Position numbers and translations under genes: made by a program. From Rhynchopus sp. YZ270_cl-10 (Eukaryota), in NCBI GenBank assembly GCA_964035575.1, contig OZ037839.1:1-64000 (forward strand): a DNA stretch of 64,000 nt. Reading direction: 5' to 3'. This document shows positions 1 to 13,005 of the stretch, in pieces; position 1 is the stretch's first letter, and each line of letters starts with the position of its first letter. The notes below the pieces were generated by a model. That model was not told where the DNA came from, made no database searches, and saw nothing but the letters and a program-made list of their open reading frames with translations.

Positions 1-3000
1 AGGTTTGCGGTTTGCGGGTTTTGCGGGTGGGTTTGCGGGTTTGCGGGTTGGGTTTGCGGGTTGCGGGTTTGCGGGTGGGGTTTGCGGGTTTGGCGGGGTT
101 TGCGGGGTTTTGCGGGTTTGCGGGTTTGCGGGTTGGTTGCGGGTTTGCGGGTTTGCGGGTTTGCGGGTTTGCGGGTTTGCGGGTTTGCGGTTTGCGGGTT
201 TGCGGGTTTGCGGGTTTGCGGGTTGGGTTTGCGGGTTTGCGGGTTTGCGGTGGTTTGCGGGTTTGCGGGTTTGCGGGTTTGCGGGTTTGCGGTTTGCGGG
301 TTTGCGGGTTTGCGGGTTTGCGGGTTTTGCGGGTTTTGCGGGTTGCGGGTTTGCGGCGTTTGCGGGTTTGCGGGTTTGCGGTTGTTTGCGGGTTTGCGGG
401 TTTGCGGGTTTGCGGTTTGCGGGTTTGCGGGTTTGCGGTTTGCGGGTTTGCGGGTTTGCGGGTTTGCGGGTTTGCGGTTTGCGGGTTTGCGGGTTTGCGG
501 GTTTGCGGGTTTGCGGGTTTGCGGGTTGCGGGTTGCGGGTTTGCGGGTTTGCGGGTTTGCGGGTTTGCGGGTTTGCGGGTTTGCGGGTTTGCGGGTTTGC
601 GGTTGCGGGTTTGCGGGTTTGCGGGTTTGCGGGTTTGCGGGTTTGCGGGTTTGCGGGTTTGCGGGTTTGCGGTGGGTTTGCGGGTTTGCGGGTTGCGGGT
701 TTGCGGGTTTGCGGGTTGCGGGTTTGCGGGTTTGCGGGTTTGCGGGTTTGCGGGTTTGCGGGTTTGCGGGTTTGCGGGTTTGCGGGTTTGCGGGTTTGCG
801 GGTTTGCGGGTTTGCGGGTTTGCGGGTTTGCGGGTTTGCGGTTTGCGGGTTTGCGGGTTTGCGGGTTGCGGTGGTTTGCGGGTTTGCCGGGTTTGCGGGT
901 TTGCGGGGTTTGCGGTTTGCGGGTTTGCGGGTTTGCGGGTTTGCGGTTTGCGGGTTTGCGGGTTTGCGGGTTTGCGGGTTGGTTTGCGGGTTTGCGGGTT
1001 TGCGGGTTTGCGGGTTTGCGGTTTGCGGGTTTGCGGGTTTGCGGGTTTGCGGGTTTGCGGGTTTGCGGGTTTGCGGGTTTGCGGGTTTGCGGGTTTGCGG
1101 GTTGCGGGTTTGCGGGTTTGCGGTTTGCGGGTTTGCGGGTTTGCGGGTTGCGGGGTTTGCGGGTTTGCGGGGTTGCGGGTTTGCGGGTTTGCGGGTTTGC
1201 GGGTTTGCGGTTTGCGGGTTTGCGGTTTGCGGGTTTGCGGGTTTGCGGGTTTGCGGGTTGCGGGTTTTGCGGGTTTGCGGGTTTGCGGGTTTGGGTGCGG
1301 GTTTGCGGGTTTGCGGTTCGGTTTGCGGGTTTGCGGTTTGCGGGTTTGCGGGTTTGCGGGGGTTTGCGGGTTTGCGGGTTTGCGGGTTTGCGGGTTTGCG
1401 GGTTTGCGGGTTTGCGGGTTTGCGGGTTTGCGGGTTTGCGGTGTTTGCGGGTTTGCGGGTTTGCGGGTTTGCGGGGTTTGCGGGTTTGCGGGTTTGCGGG
1501 TTTGCGGGTTTGCGGGTTTGCGGGTTTGCGGGGTTTGCGGGTTTGCGGGTTTGCGGTTTGGGGTTTGCGGGTTTGCGGGTTTGCGGGTTTGCGGGTTTGC
1601 GGGTTTGCGGGTTTGCGGGTTTGCGGGTTTGCGGGTTGCGGGTTTGCGGGTTTGCGGTTTTGCGGGTTTGCGGGTTTGCGGGTTTGCGGGTTTGCGGGTT
1701 TGCGGGTTTGCGGGTTTGCGGGTTTGCGGGTTTGCGGGTTTGCGGGTTTGCGGGTTTGCGGGTTTGCGGGTTTGCGGGTTTGCGGGTTTGCGGGTTTGCG
1801 GGTTTGCGGGTTTGCGGGTTTGCGGGTTTGCGGGTTTGCGGGTTTGCGGGTTTGCGGGTTTGCGGGTTTGCGGGTTTGCGGGTTTGCGGGTTTGCGGGTT
1901 TGCGGGTTTGCGGGTTTGCGGGTTTGCGGGTTTGCGGGTTTGCGGGTTTGCGGGTTTGCGGGTTTGCGGGTTTGCGGGTTTGCGGGTTTGCGGGTTTGCG
2001 GGTTTGCGGGTTTGCGGGTTTGCGGGTTTGCGGGTTTGCGGGTTTGCGGGTTTGCGGGTTTGCGGGTTTGCGGGTTTGCGGGTTTGCGGGTTTGCGGGTT
2101 TGCGGGTTTGCGGGTTTGCGGGTTTGCGGGTTTGCGGGTTTGCGGGTTTGCGGGTTTGCGGGTTTGCGGGTTTGCGGGTTTGCGGGTTTGCGGGTTTGCG
2201 GGTTTGCGGGTTTGCGGGTTTGCGGGTTTGCGGGTTTGCGGGTTTGCGGGTTTGCGGGTTTGCGGGTTTGCGGGTTTGCGGGTTTGCGGGTTTGCGGGTT
2301 TGCGGGTTTGCGGGTTTGCGGGTTTGCGGGTTTGCGGGTTTGCGGGTTTGCGGGTTTGCGGGTTTGCGGGTTTGCGGGTTTGCGGGTTTGCGGGTTTGCG
2401 GGTTTGCGGGTTTGCGGGTTTGCGGGTTTGCGGGTTTGCGGGTTTGCGGGTTTGCGGGTTTGCGGGTTTGCGGGTTTGCGGGTTTGCGGGTTTGCGGGTT
2501 TGCGGGTTTGCGGGTTTGCGGGTTTGCGGGTTTGCGGGTTTGCGGGTTTGCGGGTTTGCGGGTTTGCGGGTTTGCGGGTTTGCGGGTTTGCGGGTTTGCG
2601 GGTTTGCGGGTTTGCGGGTTTGCGGGTTTGCGGGTTTGCGGGTTTGCGGGTTTGCGGGTTTGCGGGTTTGCGGGTTTGCGGGTTTGCGGGTTTGCGGGTT
2701 TGCGGGTTTGCGGGTTTGCGGGTTTGCGGGTTTGCGGGTTTGCGGGTTTGCGGGTTTGCGGGTTTGCGGGTTTGCGGGTTTGCGGGTTTGCGGGTTTGCG
2801 GGTTTGCGGGTTTGCGGGTTTGCGGGTTTGCGGGTTTGCGGGTTTGCGGGTTTGCGGGTTTGCGGGTTTGCGGGTTTGCGGGTTTGCGGGTTTGCGGGTT
2901 TGCGGGTTTGCGGGTTTGCGGGTTTGCGGGTTTGCGGGTTTGCGGGTTTGCGGGTTTGCGGGTTTGCGGGTTTGCGGGTTTGCGGGTTTGCGGGTTTGCG

Positions 3001-5628
3001 GGTTTGCGGGTTTGCGGGTTTGCGGGTTTGCGGGTTTGCGGGTTTGCGGGTTTGCGGGTTTGCGGGTTTGCGGGTTTGCGGGTTTGCGGGTTTGCGGGTT
3101 TGCGGGTTTGCGGGTTTGCGGGTTTGCGGGTTTGCGGGTTTGCGGGTTTGCGGGTTTGCGGGTTTGCGGGTTTGCGGGTTTGCGGGTTTGCGGGTTTGCG
3201 GGTTTGCGGGTTTGCGGGTTTGCGGGTTTGCGGGTTTGCGGGTTTGCGGGTTTGCGGGTTTGCGGGTTTGCGGGTTTGCGGGTTTGCGGGTTTGCGGGTT
3301 TGCGGGTTTGCGGGTTTGCGGGTTTGCGGGTTTGCGGGTTTGCGGGTTTGCGGGTTTGCGGGTTTGCGGGTTTGCGGGTTTGCGGGTTTGCGGGTTTGCG
3401 GGTTTGCGGGTTTGCGGGTTTGCGGGTTTGCGGGTTTGCGGGTTTGCGGGTTTGCGGGTTTGCGGGTTTGCGGGTTTGCGGGTTTGCGGGTTTGCGGGTT
3501 TGCGGGTTTGCGGGTTTGCGGGTTTGCGGGTTTGCGGGTTTGCGGGTTTGCGGGTTTGCGGGTTTGCGGGTTTGCGGGTTTGCGGGTTTGCGGGTTTGCG
3601 GGTTTGCGGGTTTGCGGGTTTGCGGGTTTGCGGGTTTGCGGGTTTGCGGGTTTGCGGGTTTGCGGGTTTGCGGGTTTGCGGGTTTGCGGGTTTGCGGGTT
3701 TGCGGGTTTGCGGGTTTGCGGGTTTGCGGGTTTGCGGGTTTGCGGGTTTGCGGGTTTGCGGGTTTGCGGGTTTGCGGGTTTGCGGGTTTGCGGGTTTGCG
3801 GGTTTGCGGGTTTGCGGGTTTGCGGGTTTGCGGGTTTGCGGGTTTGCGGGTTTGCGGGTTTGCGGGTTTGCGGGTTTGCGGGTTTGCGGGTTTGCGGGTT
3901 TGCGGGTTTGCGGGTTTGCGGGTTTGCGGGTTTGCGGGTTTGCGGGTTTGCGGGTTTGCGGGTTTGCGGGTTTGCGGGTTTGCGGGTTTGCGGGTTTGCG
4001 GGTTTGCGGGTTTGCGGGTTTGCGGGTTTGCGGGTTTGCGGGTTTGCGGGTTTGCGGGTTTGCGGGTTTGCGGGTTTGCGGGTTTGCGGGTTTGCGGGTT
4101 TGCGGGTTTGCGGGTTTGCGGGTTTGCGGGTTTGCGGGTTTGCGGGTTTGCGGGTTTGCGGGTTTGCGGGTTTGCGGGTTTGCGGGTTTGCGGGTTTGCG
4201 GGTTTGCGGGTTTGCGGGTTTGCGGGTTTGCGGGTTTGCGGGTTTGCGGGTTTGCGGGTTTGCGGGTTTGCGGGTTTGCGGGTTTGCGGGTTTGCGGGTT
4301 TGCGGGTTTGCGGGTTTGCGGGTTTGCGGGTTTGCGGGTTTGCGGGTTTGCGGGTTTGCGGGTTTGCGGGTTTGCGGGTTTGCGGGTTTGCGGGTTTGCG
4401 GGTTTGCGGGTTTGCGGGTTTGCGGGTTTGCGGGTTTGCGGGTTTGCGGGTTTGCGGGTTTGCGGGTTTGCGGGTTTGCGGGTTTGCGGGTTTGCGGGTT
4501 TGCGGGTTTGCGGGTTTGCGGGTTTGCGGGTTTGCGGGTTTGCGGGTTTGCGGGTTTGCGGGTTTGCGGGTTTGCGGGTTTGCGGGTTTGCGGGTTTGCG
4601 GGTTTGCGGGTTTGCGGGTTTGCGGGTTTGCGGGTTTGCGGGTTTGCGGGTTTGCGGGTTTGCGGGTTTGCGGGTTTGCGGGTTTGCGGGTTTGCGGGTT
4701 TGCGGGTTTGCGGGTTTGCGGGTTTGCGGGTTTGCGGGTTTGCGGGTTTGCGGGTTTGCGGGTTTGCGGGTTTGCGGGTTTGCGGGTTTGCGGGTTTGCG
4801 GGTTTGCGGGTTTGCGGGTTTGCGGGTTTGCGGGTTTGCGGGTTTGCGGGTTTGCGGGTTTGCGGGTTTGCGGGTTTGCGGGTTTGCGGGTTTGCGGGTT
4901 TGCGGGTTTGCGGGTTTGCGGGTTTGCGGGTTTGCGGGTTTGCGGGTTTGCGGGTTTGCGGGTTTGCGGGTTTGCGGGTTTGCGGGTTTGCGGGTTTGCG
5001 GGTTTGCGGGTTTGCGGGTTTGCGGGTTTGCGGGTTTGCGGGTTTGCGGGTTTGCGGGTTTGCGGGTTTGCGGGTTTGCGGGTTTGCGGGTTTGCGGGTT
5101 TGCGGGTTTGCGGGTTTGCGGGTTTGCGGGTTTGCGGGTTTGCGGGTTTGCGGGTTTGCGGGTTTGCGGGTTTGCGGGTTTGCGGGTTTGCGGGTTTGCG
5201 GGTTTGCGGGTTTGCGGGTTTGCGGGTTTGCGGGTTTGCGGGTTTGCGGGTTTGCGGGTTTGCGGGTTTGCGGGTTTGCGGGTTTGCGGGTTTGCGGGTT
5301 TGCGGGTTTGCGGGTTTGCGGGTTTGCGGGTTTGCGGGTTTGCGGGTTTGCGGGTTTGCGGGTTTGCGGGTTTGCGGGTTTGCGGGTTTGCGGGTTTGCG
5401 GGTTTGCGGGTTTGCGGGTTTGCGGGTTTGCGGGTTTGCGGGTTTGCGGGTTTGCGGGTTTGCGGGTTTGCGGGTTTGCGGGTTTGCGGGTTTGCGGGTT
5501 TGCGGGTTTGCGGGTTTGCGGGTTTGCGGGTTTGCGGGTTTGCGGGTTTGCGGGTTTGCGGGTTTGCGGGTTTGCGGGTTTGCGGGTTTGCGGGTTTGCG
5601 GGTTTGCGGGTTTGCGGGTTTACGGGTT
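1..5628 (+). repeat. (TTTGCGGG)n 8-bp satellite, ~5.6 kb
   Basis: Near-perfect 8-mer array from ~1660 to 5620. The first ~1.6 kb is indel-rich, as expected at a low-coverage contig end. The overlapping 'GLRVCGFA' ORFs are repeat artefacts. Confidence 0.97.
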
Positions 5629-5675
5629 ACTCTCTGTATATTACCGCGTTTCAGGTAGCTGAGCCGGCATCTAGT

Positions 5676-8040
5676 TGCGGGTGTGGCGGGTCTGCGGGTC
5701 TGCGGGTCTGCGGGTCTGCGGGTCTGCGGGTGTGGTGTGTGTGGGTGTGGCGGGTCTGCGGGTCTGCGGGTCTGCGGGTCTGCGGGTCTGCGGGTCTGCG
5801 GGTCTGCGGGTCTGCGGGTCTGCGGGTCTGCGGGTCTGCGGGTCTGCGGGTCTGCGGGTCTGCGGGTCTGCGGGTGTGGTGTGTGTGGGTGTGGCGGGTC
5901 TGCGGGTCTGCGGGTCGGCGGGTCTGCGGGTGTGGTGTGTGTGGGTGTGGCGGGTCTGCGGGTCTGCGGGTCTGCGGGTCTGCGGGTCTGCGGGTGTGGT
6001 GTGTGTGGGTGTGGCGGGTCTGCGGGTCTGCGGGTCGGCGGGTCTGCGGGTCTGCGGGTCTGCGGGTCGGCGGGTCTGCGGGTGTGGTGTGTGTGGGTGT
6101 GGCGGGTCTGCGGGTCTGCGGGTCTGCGGGTCTGCGGGTCTGCGGGTCTGCGGGTCTGCGGGTGTGGTGTGTGTGGGTGTGGCGGGTCTGCGGGTCTGCG
6201 GGTCTGCGGGTCTGCGGGTCGGCGGGTCTGCGGGTGTGGTGTGTGTGGGTGTGGCGGGTCTGCGGGTCTGCGGGTCTGCGGGTGTGGTGTGTGTGGGTGT
6301 GGCGGGTCTGCGGGTCTGCGGGTCGGCGGGTCTGCGGGTGTGGTGTGTGTGGGTGTGGCGGGTCTGCGGGTCTGCGGGTCGGCGGGTCTGCGGGTGTGGT
6401 GTGTGTGGGTGTGGCGGGTCTGCGGGTCTGCGGGTCGGCGGGTCTGCGGGTGTGGTGTGTGTGGGTGTGGCGGGTCTGCGGGTCTGCGGGTCTGCGGGTC
6501 TGCGGGTCTGCGGGTCTGCGGGTCTGCGGGTGTGGTGTGTGTGGGTGTGGCGGGTCTGCGGGTCTGCGGGTCTGCGGGTCTGCGGGTGTGGTGTGTGTGG
6601 GTGTGGCGGGTCTGCGGGTCTGCGGGTCGGCGGGTCTGCGGGTGTGGTGTGTGTGGGTGTGGCGGGTCTGCGGGTCTGCGGGTCTGCGGGTCTGCGGGTC
6701 TGCGGGTCTGCGGGTGTGGTGTGTGTGGGTGTGGCGGGTCTGCGGGTCTGCGGGTCGGCGGGTCTGCGGGTCTGCGGGTCTGCGGGTCGGCGGGTCTGCG
6801 GGTGTGGTGTGTGTGGGTGTGGCGGGTCTGCGGGTCTGCGGGTCTGCGGGTCTGCGGGTCTGCGGGTCTGCGGGTCTGCGGGTCTGCGGGTCTGCGGGTC
6901 TGCGGGTCTGCGGGTGTGGTGTGTGTGGGTGTGGCGGGTCTGCGGGTCTGCGGGTCGGCGGGTCTGCGGGTCTGCGGGTCTGCGGGTCTGCGGGTCTGCG
7001 GGTCTGCGGGTCTGCGGGTCTGCGGGTGTGGTGTGTGTGGGTGTGGCGGGTCTGCGGGTCTGCGGGTCTGCGGGTCTGCGGGTCTGCGGGTCTGCGGGTG
7101 TGGTGTGTGTGGGTGTGGCGGGTCTGCGGGTCTGCGGGTCTGCGGGTCTGCGGGTCTGCGGGTCTGCGGGTCTGCGGGTCTGCGGGTCTGCGGGTCTGCG
7201 GGTCTACGGGTCTGCGGGTGTGGTGTGTGTGGGTGTGGCGGGTCTGCGGGTCTGCGGGTCGGCGGGTCTGCGGGTCTGCGGGTCTGCGGGTCGGCGGGTC
7301 TGCGGGTGTGGTGTGTGTGGGTGTGGCGGGTCTGCGGGTCTGCGGGTCTGCGGGTCTGCGGGTCTGCGGGTCTGCGGGTCTGCGGGTCTGCGGGTGTGGT
7401 GTGTGTGGGTGTGGCGGGTCTGCGGGTCTGCGGGTCGGCGGGTCTGCGGGTCTGCGGGTCTGCGGGTCTGCGGGTCTGCGGGTCTGCGGGTCTGCGGGTC
7501 TGCGGGTGTGGTGTGTGTGGGTGTGGCGGGTCTGCGGGTCTGCGGGTCTGCGGGTCTGCGGGTCTGCGGGTGTGGTGTGTGTGGGTGTGGCGGGTCTGCG
7601 GGTCTGCGGGTCGGCGGGTCTGCGGGTCTGCGGGTGTGGTGTGTGTGGGTGTGGCGGGTCTGCGGGTCTGCGGGTCTGCGGGTCTGCGGGTCTGCGGGTC
7701 GGCGGGTCTGCGGGTGTGGTGTGTGTGGGTGTGGCGGGTCTGCGGGTCTGCGGGTCTGCGGGTCTGCGGGTCTGCGGGTCGGCGGGTCTGCGGGTGTGGT
7801 GTGTGTGGGTGTGGCGGGTCTGCGGGTCTGCGGGTCTGCGGGTCTGCGGGTCTGCGGGTCTGCGGGTCTGCGGGTCTGCGGGTCTGCGGGTCTGCGGGTC
7901 TGCGGGTCTGCGGGTCTGCGGGTCTGCGGGTCTGCGGGTCTGCGGGTCTGCGGGTCTGCGGGTCTGCGGGTCTGCGGGTCTGCGGGTGTGGTGTGTGTGG
8001 GTGTGGCGGGTCTGTGGCGGGTTTGCGGGTTTGCGGGTTT
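5676..8040 (+). repeat. Composite satellite: (TCTGCGGG)n runs punctuated by TGTGGTGTGTGTGGGTGTGGCGGG
   Basis: Variable-length runs of the 8-mer, with TCGGCGGG variants, are separated by a constant GT-rich block. Confidence 0.95.
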
Positions 8041-8042
8041 GT

Positions 8043-10874
8043 GGCAAATGATGGCAAATGATGGCAAATCATGGCAAATTATGGCAAATGATGGCAAATG
8101 ATGGCAAATGATGCCAATGATGGCAAATCATGGCAAATGATGGCAAATCATGGCAAATCTTGGCAAATTATGGCAAATGATGGCAAATGATGGCAAATGA
8201 TGGCAAATCATGGCAAATGATGGCAAATCATGGCAAATCATGGCAAATGATGGCAAATCATGGCAAATGATGGCAAATGATGGCAAATGATGGCAAATGA
8301 TGGCAAATGATGGCAAATGATGGCAAATCATGGCAAATCATGGCAAATCATGGCAAATTATGGCAAATGATGGCAAATCATGGCAAATGATGGCAAATCA
8401 TGGTAAATCCCAAGTTAGCCATAAAACTGATATCCAAAAAAAATTTACAATGTTCGGAAATTTTGAACAGTATTTATGTGGGGTGGTTTTTGGGCCCAAA
8501 ATATCAACACAGTGTCTCCACTGGGGAAATTGCGTCAATTAAGGTGGGATAAGTGCTATGTGGCGAAAAAGATCGAAAATTTTGAAATTTGTTCACTACA
8601 GTGGGAAAATAGTGCAAATCATGGCAAAGCATGGCAAATCATGGCAAATCATGGCAAATGATGGCAAATGATGGCAAATGATGGCAAATGATGGCAAATT
8701 ATGGCAAATGATGGCAAATGATGGCAAATGATGGCAAATCATGGCAAATTATGGCAAATGATGGCAAATGATGGCAAATGATGGCAAATTATGGCAAATC
8801 ATGGCAAATTATGGCAAATGATGGCAAATGATGGCAAATGATGGCAAATCATGGCAAATTATGGCAAATGATGGCAAATGATGGCAAATGATGGCAAATC
8901 ATGGCAAATCATGGCAAATTATGGCAAATGATGGCAAAACATGGCAAATGATGGCAAAACATGGCAAATGATGGCAAATCATGGCAAATCATGGCAAATC
9001 CTGGCAAAACAATGCAAATGATGGCAAATCCTGGCAAATGATGGCAAATGATGGCAAATCATGGCAAAACATGGCAAATGATGGCAAATGATGGCAAATG
9101 ATGGCAAATCATGGTAAATCCCAAGTTAGCCATAAAACTGATATCCAAAAAAAATTTACAATGTTCGGAAATTTTGAACAGTATTTATGTGGGGTGGTTT
9201 TTGGGCCCAAAATATCAACAGAGTGTCTCCACTGGGGAAATTGCGTCAATTTAAGTGGGATAAGTGCTATGTGGCGAAAAAGATCGAAAATTTTGAACTT
9301 TGTTCACTACAGTGGGAAAATAGTGCAAATCATGGCAAAGCATGGCAAATCATGGCAAATCATGGCAAATGATGGCAAATGATGGCAAATGATGGCAAAT
9401 GATGGCAAATCATGGCAAATTATGGCAAATGATGGCAAATCATGGCAAATTATGGCAAATGATGGTAAATGATGGCAAATGATGGCAAATCATGGCAAAT
9501 CATGGCAAATTATGGCAAATGATGGCAAATGATGGCAAATGATGGCAAATCATGGCAAATTATGGCAAATGATGGCAAATGATGGCAAATGATGGCAAAT
9601 CATGGCAAATCATGGCAAATTATGGCAAATGATGGCAAAACATGGCAAATGATGGCAAATCATGGCAAAACATGGCAAATGATGGCAAATCATGGCAAAT
9701 CATGGCAAATCATGGCAAATCATGGTAAATCCCAAGTTAGCCATAAAACTGATATCCAAAAAAAATTTACAATGTTCGGAAATTTTGAACAGTATTTATG
9801 TGGGGTGGTTTTTGGGCCCAAAATATCAACACAGTGTCTCCACTGGGGAAATTGCGTCAATTTAAGTGGGATAAGTGCTATGTGGCGAAAAAGATCGAAA
9901 ATTTTGAAATTTGTTCACTACAGTGGGAAAATAGTGCAAATCATGGCAAAGCATGGCAAATCATGGCAAATCATGGCAAATGATGGCAAATGATGGCAAA
10001 TGATGGCAAATGATGGCAAATCATGGCAAATTATGGCAAATGATGGCAAATGATGGCAAATGATGGCAAATGATGGCAAATCATGGCAAATCATGGCAAA
10101 TTATGGCAAATGATGGCAAATGATGGCAAATGATGGCAAATCATGGCAAATTATGGCAAATGATGGCAAATTATGGCAAATGATGGCAAATCATGGCAAA
10201 TCATGGCAAATTATGGCAAATGATGGCAAAACATGGCAAATGATGGCAAAACATGGCAAATGATGGCAAATCATGGCAAATCATGGCAAATCCTGGCAAA
10301 ACAATGCAAATGATGGCAAATCCTGGCAAATGATGGCAAATGATGGCAAATCATGGCAAAACATGGCAAATGATGGCAAATCATGGCAAATCATGGCAAA
10401 TCATGGCAAATCATGGCAAATCATGGTAAATCCCAAGTTAGCCATAAAACTGATATCCAAAAAATATTTACAATGTTCGGAAATTTTGAACAGTATTTAT
10501 GTGGGGTGGTTTTTGGGCCCAAAATTTCAACACAGTGTCTCCACTGGGGAAATTGCGTCAATTTAAGTGGGATAAGTGCTATGTGGCGAAAAAAATCGAA
10601 AATTTTGAAATTTGTTCACTACAGTGGGAAAATAGTGCAAATCATGGCAAATCATGGCAAAGCATGGCAAATCATGGCAAATCATGGCAAATGATGGCAA
10701 ATCATGGCAAATCATGGCAAATGATGGCAAATGATGGCAAATCATGGCAAATCATGGCAAATTATGGCAAATGATGGCAAATCATGGCAAATGATGGGAA
10801 ATCATGGCAAATGATGGCAAATCATGGCAAAGCATGGCAAATGATGGCAAATCCTGGCAAATGATGGGAAATCA
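8043..10874 (+). repeat. (ATGGCAAATN)n 10-bp satellite with four near-identical ~215-bp modules (higher-order repeat)
   Basis: Modules starting GGTAAATCCCAAGTTAGCC at about 8402, 9113, 9724 and 10425 lie between variable 10-mer runs. Confidence 0.95.
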
Positions 10875-11336
10875 TTGACACTCCGTGACACTTTTCAGAA
10901 CACTTCTGATACTGATGCCCCTGAAGTTGTAGAGACCTCAGTCGCTGGAGTGAATACGCTTCTACCCGATGTGAGCAGCTTGCAGGCTACTCACAAAAAT
11001 ATTCTTGGGGATCACATTGCAATGGTGGTGGTGATGGAGTACCAGAAGAGGGGTCTGCCTCATGCTAATGCAATTCTTTGGAACAACAACAGAACATCAC
11101 CGAAGAATCCTTTAAATGTGGGTCACATCGTACAACTCCCTGGACCAGCACACCCAAACCTCTACAAAGCTTTCAGTCAGTATCTGATGAACAACAGGTG
11201 GATGGTTCATTACAATCTTCTCCTGAAATATCGGCGCCACAGAAACAATGAGGAAGTGCGCGGGGTCCTTGTTGTTAAGTATTTGTTTAAATACTTATTC
11301 AAGGGTGAGCCTGTGACAGGTCTATTGATGCAATGA
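10875..11336 (+). pseudogene. Degenerate Helitron Rep (HUH endonuclease) fragment
   Basis: EYQKRGLPHANAILW matches Rep motif II (E-Y/F-Q-K-R-G-L-P-H-x-H) with the second His changed to Asn. NRWMVHYNLLLKY resembles the conserved NRWVVPYNxxLLxKY. KYLFKYLFKG matches motif III (YxxKY). Internally deleted, and no helicase follows. Confidence 0.85.
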
Positions 11337-12048
11337 TTTGTGTGGTAGAGTTGTGAACATTAAGGATAAAATAAGAAAACAAATAAAAAATAGCGATAAG
11401 TGGGGAGATGTCTTTGTGGGCTTGCGGGTTTGCGGGTTTTTTTGTCTCAGTTAATTTTTGTTTTTGCAAAGGAAATCTCTTGTGATGAAGAAAACATTAT
11501 TTTTGGGGAGTTTGTTGTTAATTGCATAAAAAGAAAAGAAAAAAAGAAAAAGAAAAAGATAAAAGTTGAAGTGAAGTTACAATTACTGGCAGTAAAGCAA
11601 ATAAAAAACTTCAACACCAAAACACAGTTCAAATGATCTAAGAAGTGTTTATTTTTCTATTTTAAATTGTTTTTTGTTTGGGTTTGTATTGGATACTTCT
11701 TCCCAGCCGGAGAGAAATCTCTTGTGATGAAGAAAACATTGTTTTTGGGGAGTTTGTTGTTGATTGCATAAAAAAAAAGGGAAAAAAAGAAAAAGAGAAA
11801 AGGTGTATCTACATTTATCAGAGCAAACCCGCAAACAAAATAACATATGGGGTGTCACAGTTTTTGTTTTTTTTTATTCATTGTTTTTAGTGCCTGCTTC
11901 CGTCAGAGGTGTTTGTCAAAAATGAAATATGTCAACAAAAACAAAGAACACTTTAAATTTCATTTTTTACTACTAGTAAAGTAATTTTACGCTTCCAAAA
12001 CACACACACTACCTCAGTCAATCATACACATATTCATACACAAAAAAA

Positions 12049-12522
12049 ATGCCCAAAACCCAAAGGCAACAGCTGAAGCACGACATTGACACGTTTTTGG
12101 ACCTTCCTGTCACAGCTGGCCCTATAGAGCTATCCCTGCACAAGGCAGTGGTGGCTGTCCTCTACTGCGGAGGAATTAATGAATCCGTGTGTGCAACACT
12201 GCAATCCACTGCAATGACAAGTGACGATTATGGTGCCACATTCGAGTACAAGATCGGCGGGAAGCAAAAAAGATTCTCAATTCCAGTGGGAACTCCGGCT
12301 TACGATGCCGTTCACAACTATGTGAGCGTGCGTACGGGGTTCAAAAGCCCCTACTTCTTCCTGGAATGTGACGCCACAAAATGCTTTCTGAGAGACAGGA
12401 GGATGCCAGTGAAAGCAGTGCGCATGATCCTGCAAAGAATGGCTGTTACCGTAGGAACTAATCCTGCAGGGTACCGTCTAAGCGACCTCCGCATGATGAG
12501 CATGACGCGCAGGCCGTACTAA
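12049..12522 (+). CDS. Tyrosine recombinase-like catalytic-domain protein, probably inactive (157 aa)
   Basis: Spacing resembles a YR core: KAVVAVLYCGGINESV (GxRxxE box with R changed to N), KQKRFSIP, YVSVR..YFFL, MAVTVGTNPAGYRLSDLR (HSLR box without His). The ORF ends before the usual catalytic Tyr helix. Confidence 0.5.
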   Translation: MPKTQRQQLKHDIDTFLDLPVTAGPIELSLHKAVVAVLYCGGINESVCATLQSTAMTSDDYGATFEYKIGGKQKRFSIPVGTPAYDAVHNYVSVRTGFKSPYFFLECDATKCFLRDRRMPVKAVRMILQRMAVTVGTNPAGYRLSDLRMMSMTRRPY

Positions 12523-13005
12523 ATATTTTTTTCTACCATGTCATCTCTCTCTTTAAATAAAAGAAATAGCAATACGTTTGTGGGGTGTGGGTTTCTAGGG
12601 TTTCGGGTTTTTTCGTAGTAGTAGTATTTTAAAGTGTCTTCAATATTTTGGTAGTAGTAGTATTTTAAAGCGTCTTGAATTTTTTGGTAGTGGTAGTATG
12701 CAGGTATTTTAAAACATCTTCAATCCGAAAAAAAAGAGCAATAAAAACAAAACAAAAAAAAAGAGAAAAATGTCACAACAAAAACAAAGAAAAGAATCTA
12801 TATATTTTTTTCCTTTTTTACAAAACATTTTACCCCTCCCAAATGACACACATCACAACAGAGTAGTAACAATATGTTAGAGTAAAATGAAATGGAAAAG
12901 GTGAGACAGCATATTAGATAGTTGTAATCTAACATAATTACGCTTCAGGCACACCAGCCTGCTATCACACACACCAGCTAGATAACGATGGTTGCTCACT
13001 TCTCG

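Larger units (their letters stand above)
5629..13005 (+). mobile_element. Putative Helitron/Helentron-like composite element A inserted in the satellite
   Basis: Removing it rejoins ...CGGGTT|TGCGGG... in register. 5' end ACTCTCTGTATATTACCGCGTTTCAGG resembles the 5' end of element B (TCTAGTTATTACGGGTTTGAGG); 3' end CTTCTCG resembles element B's CTTCTAG. Contains a Helitron Rep remnant and internal tandem arrays. Confidence 0.5.

Noticed and set aside
1..5628. Telomere
   Set aside because: A left chromosome end should show the C-rich strand on +, but this is G-rich. The same repeat recurs internally in the same orientation. It is more likely a contig break in a satellite.
5628..5674. Independent 47-bp mini-Helitron ending in CTAG
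   Set aside because: It also restores satellite phase, but has no convincing hairpin, and the downstream array is a different variant. It is better read as the 5' end of element A, though not excluded.
5..8101. Very long ORFs (GLRVCGFA/GSAGLRVC), also at 13 kb and 17 kb
   Set aside because: Stop-free translations of simple repeats in all frames.
8043..10874. CRISPR-like array
   Set aside because: The unique-looking modules are near-identical to each other, there are no cas genes, and the context is eukaryotic.
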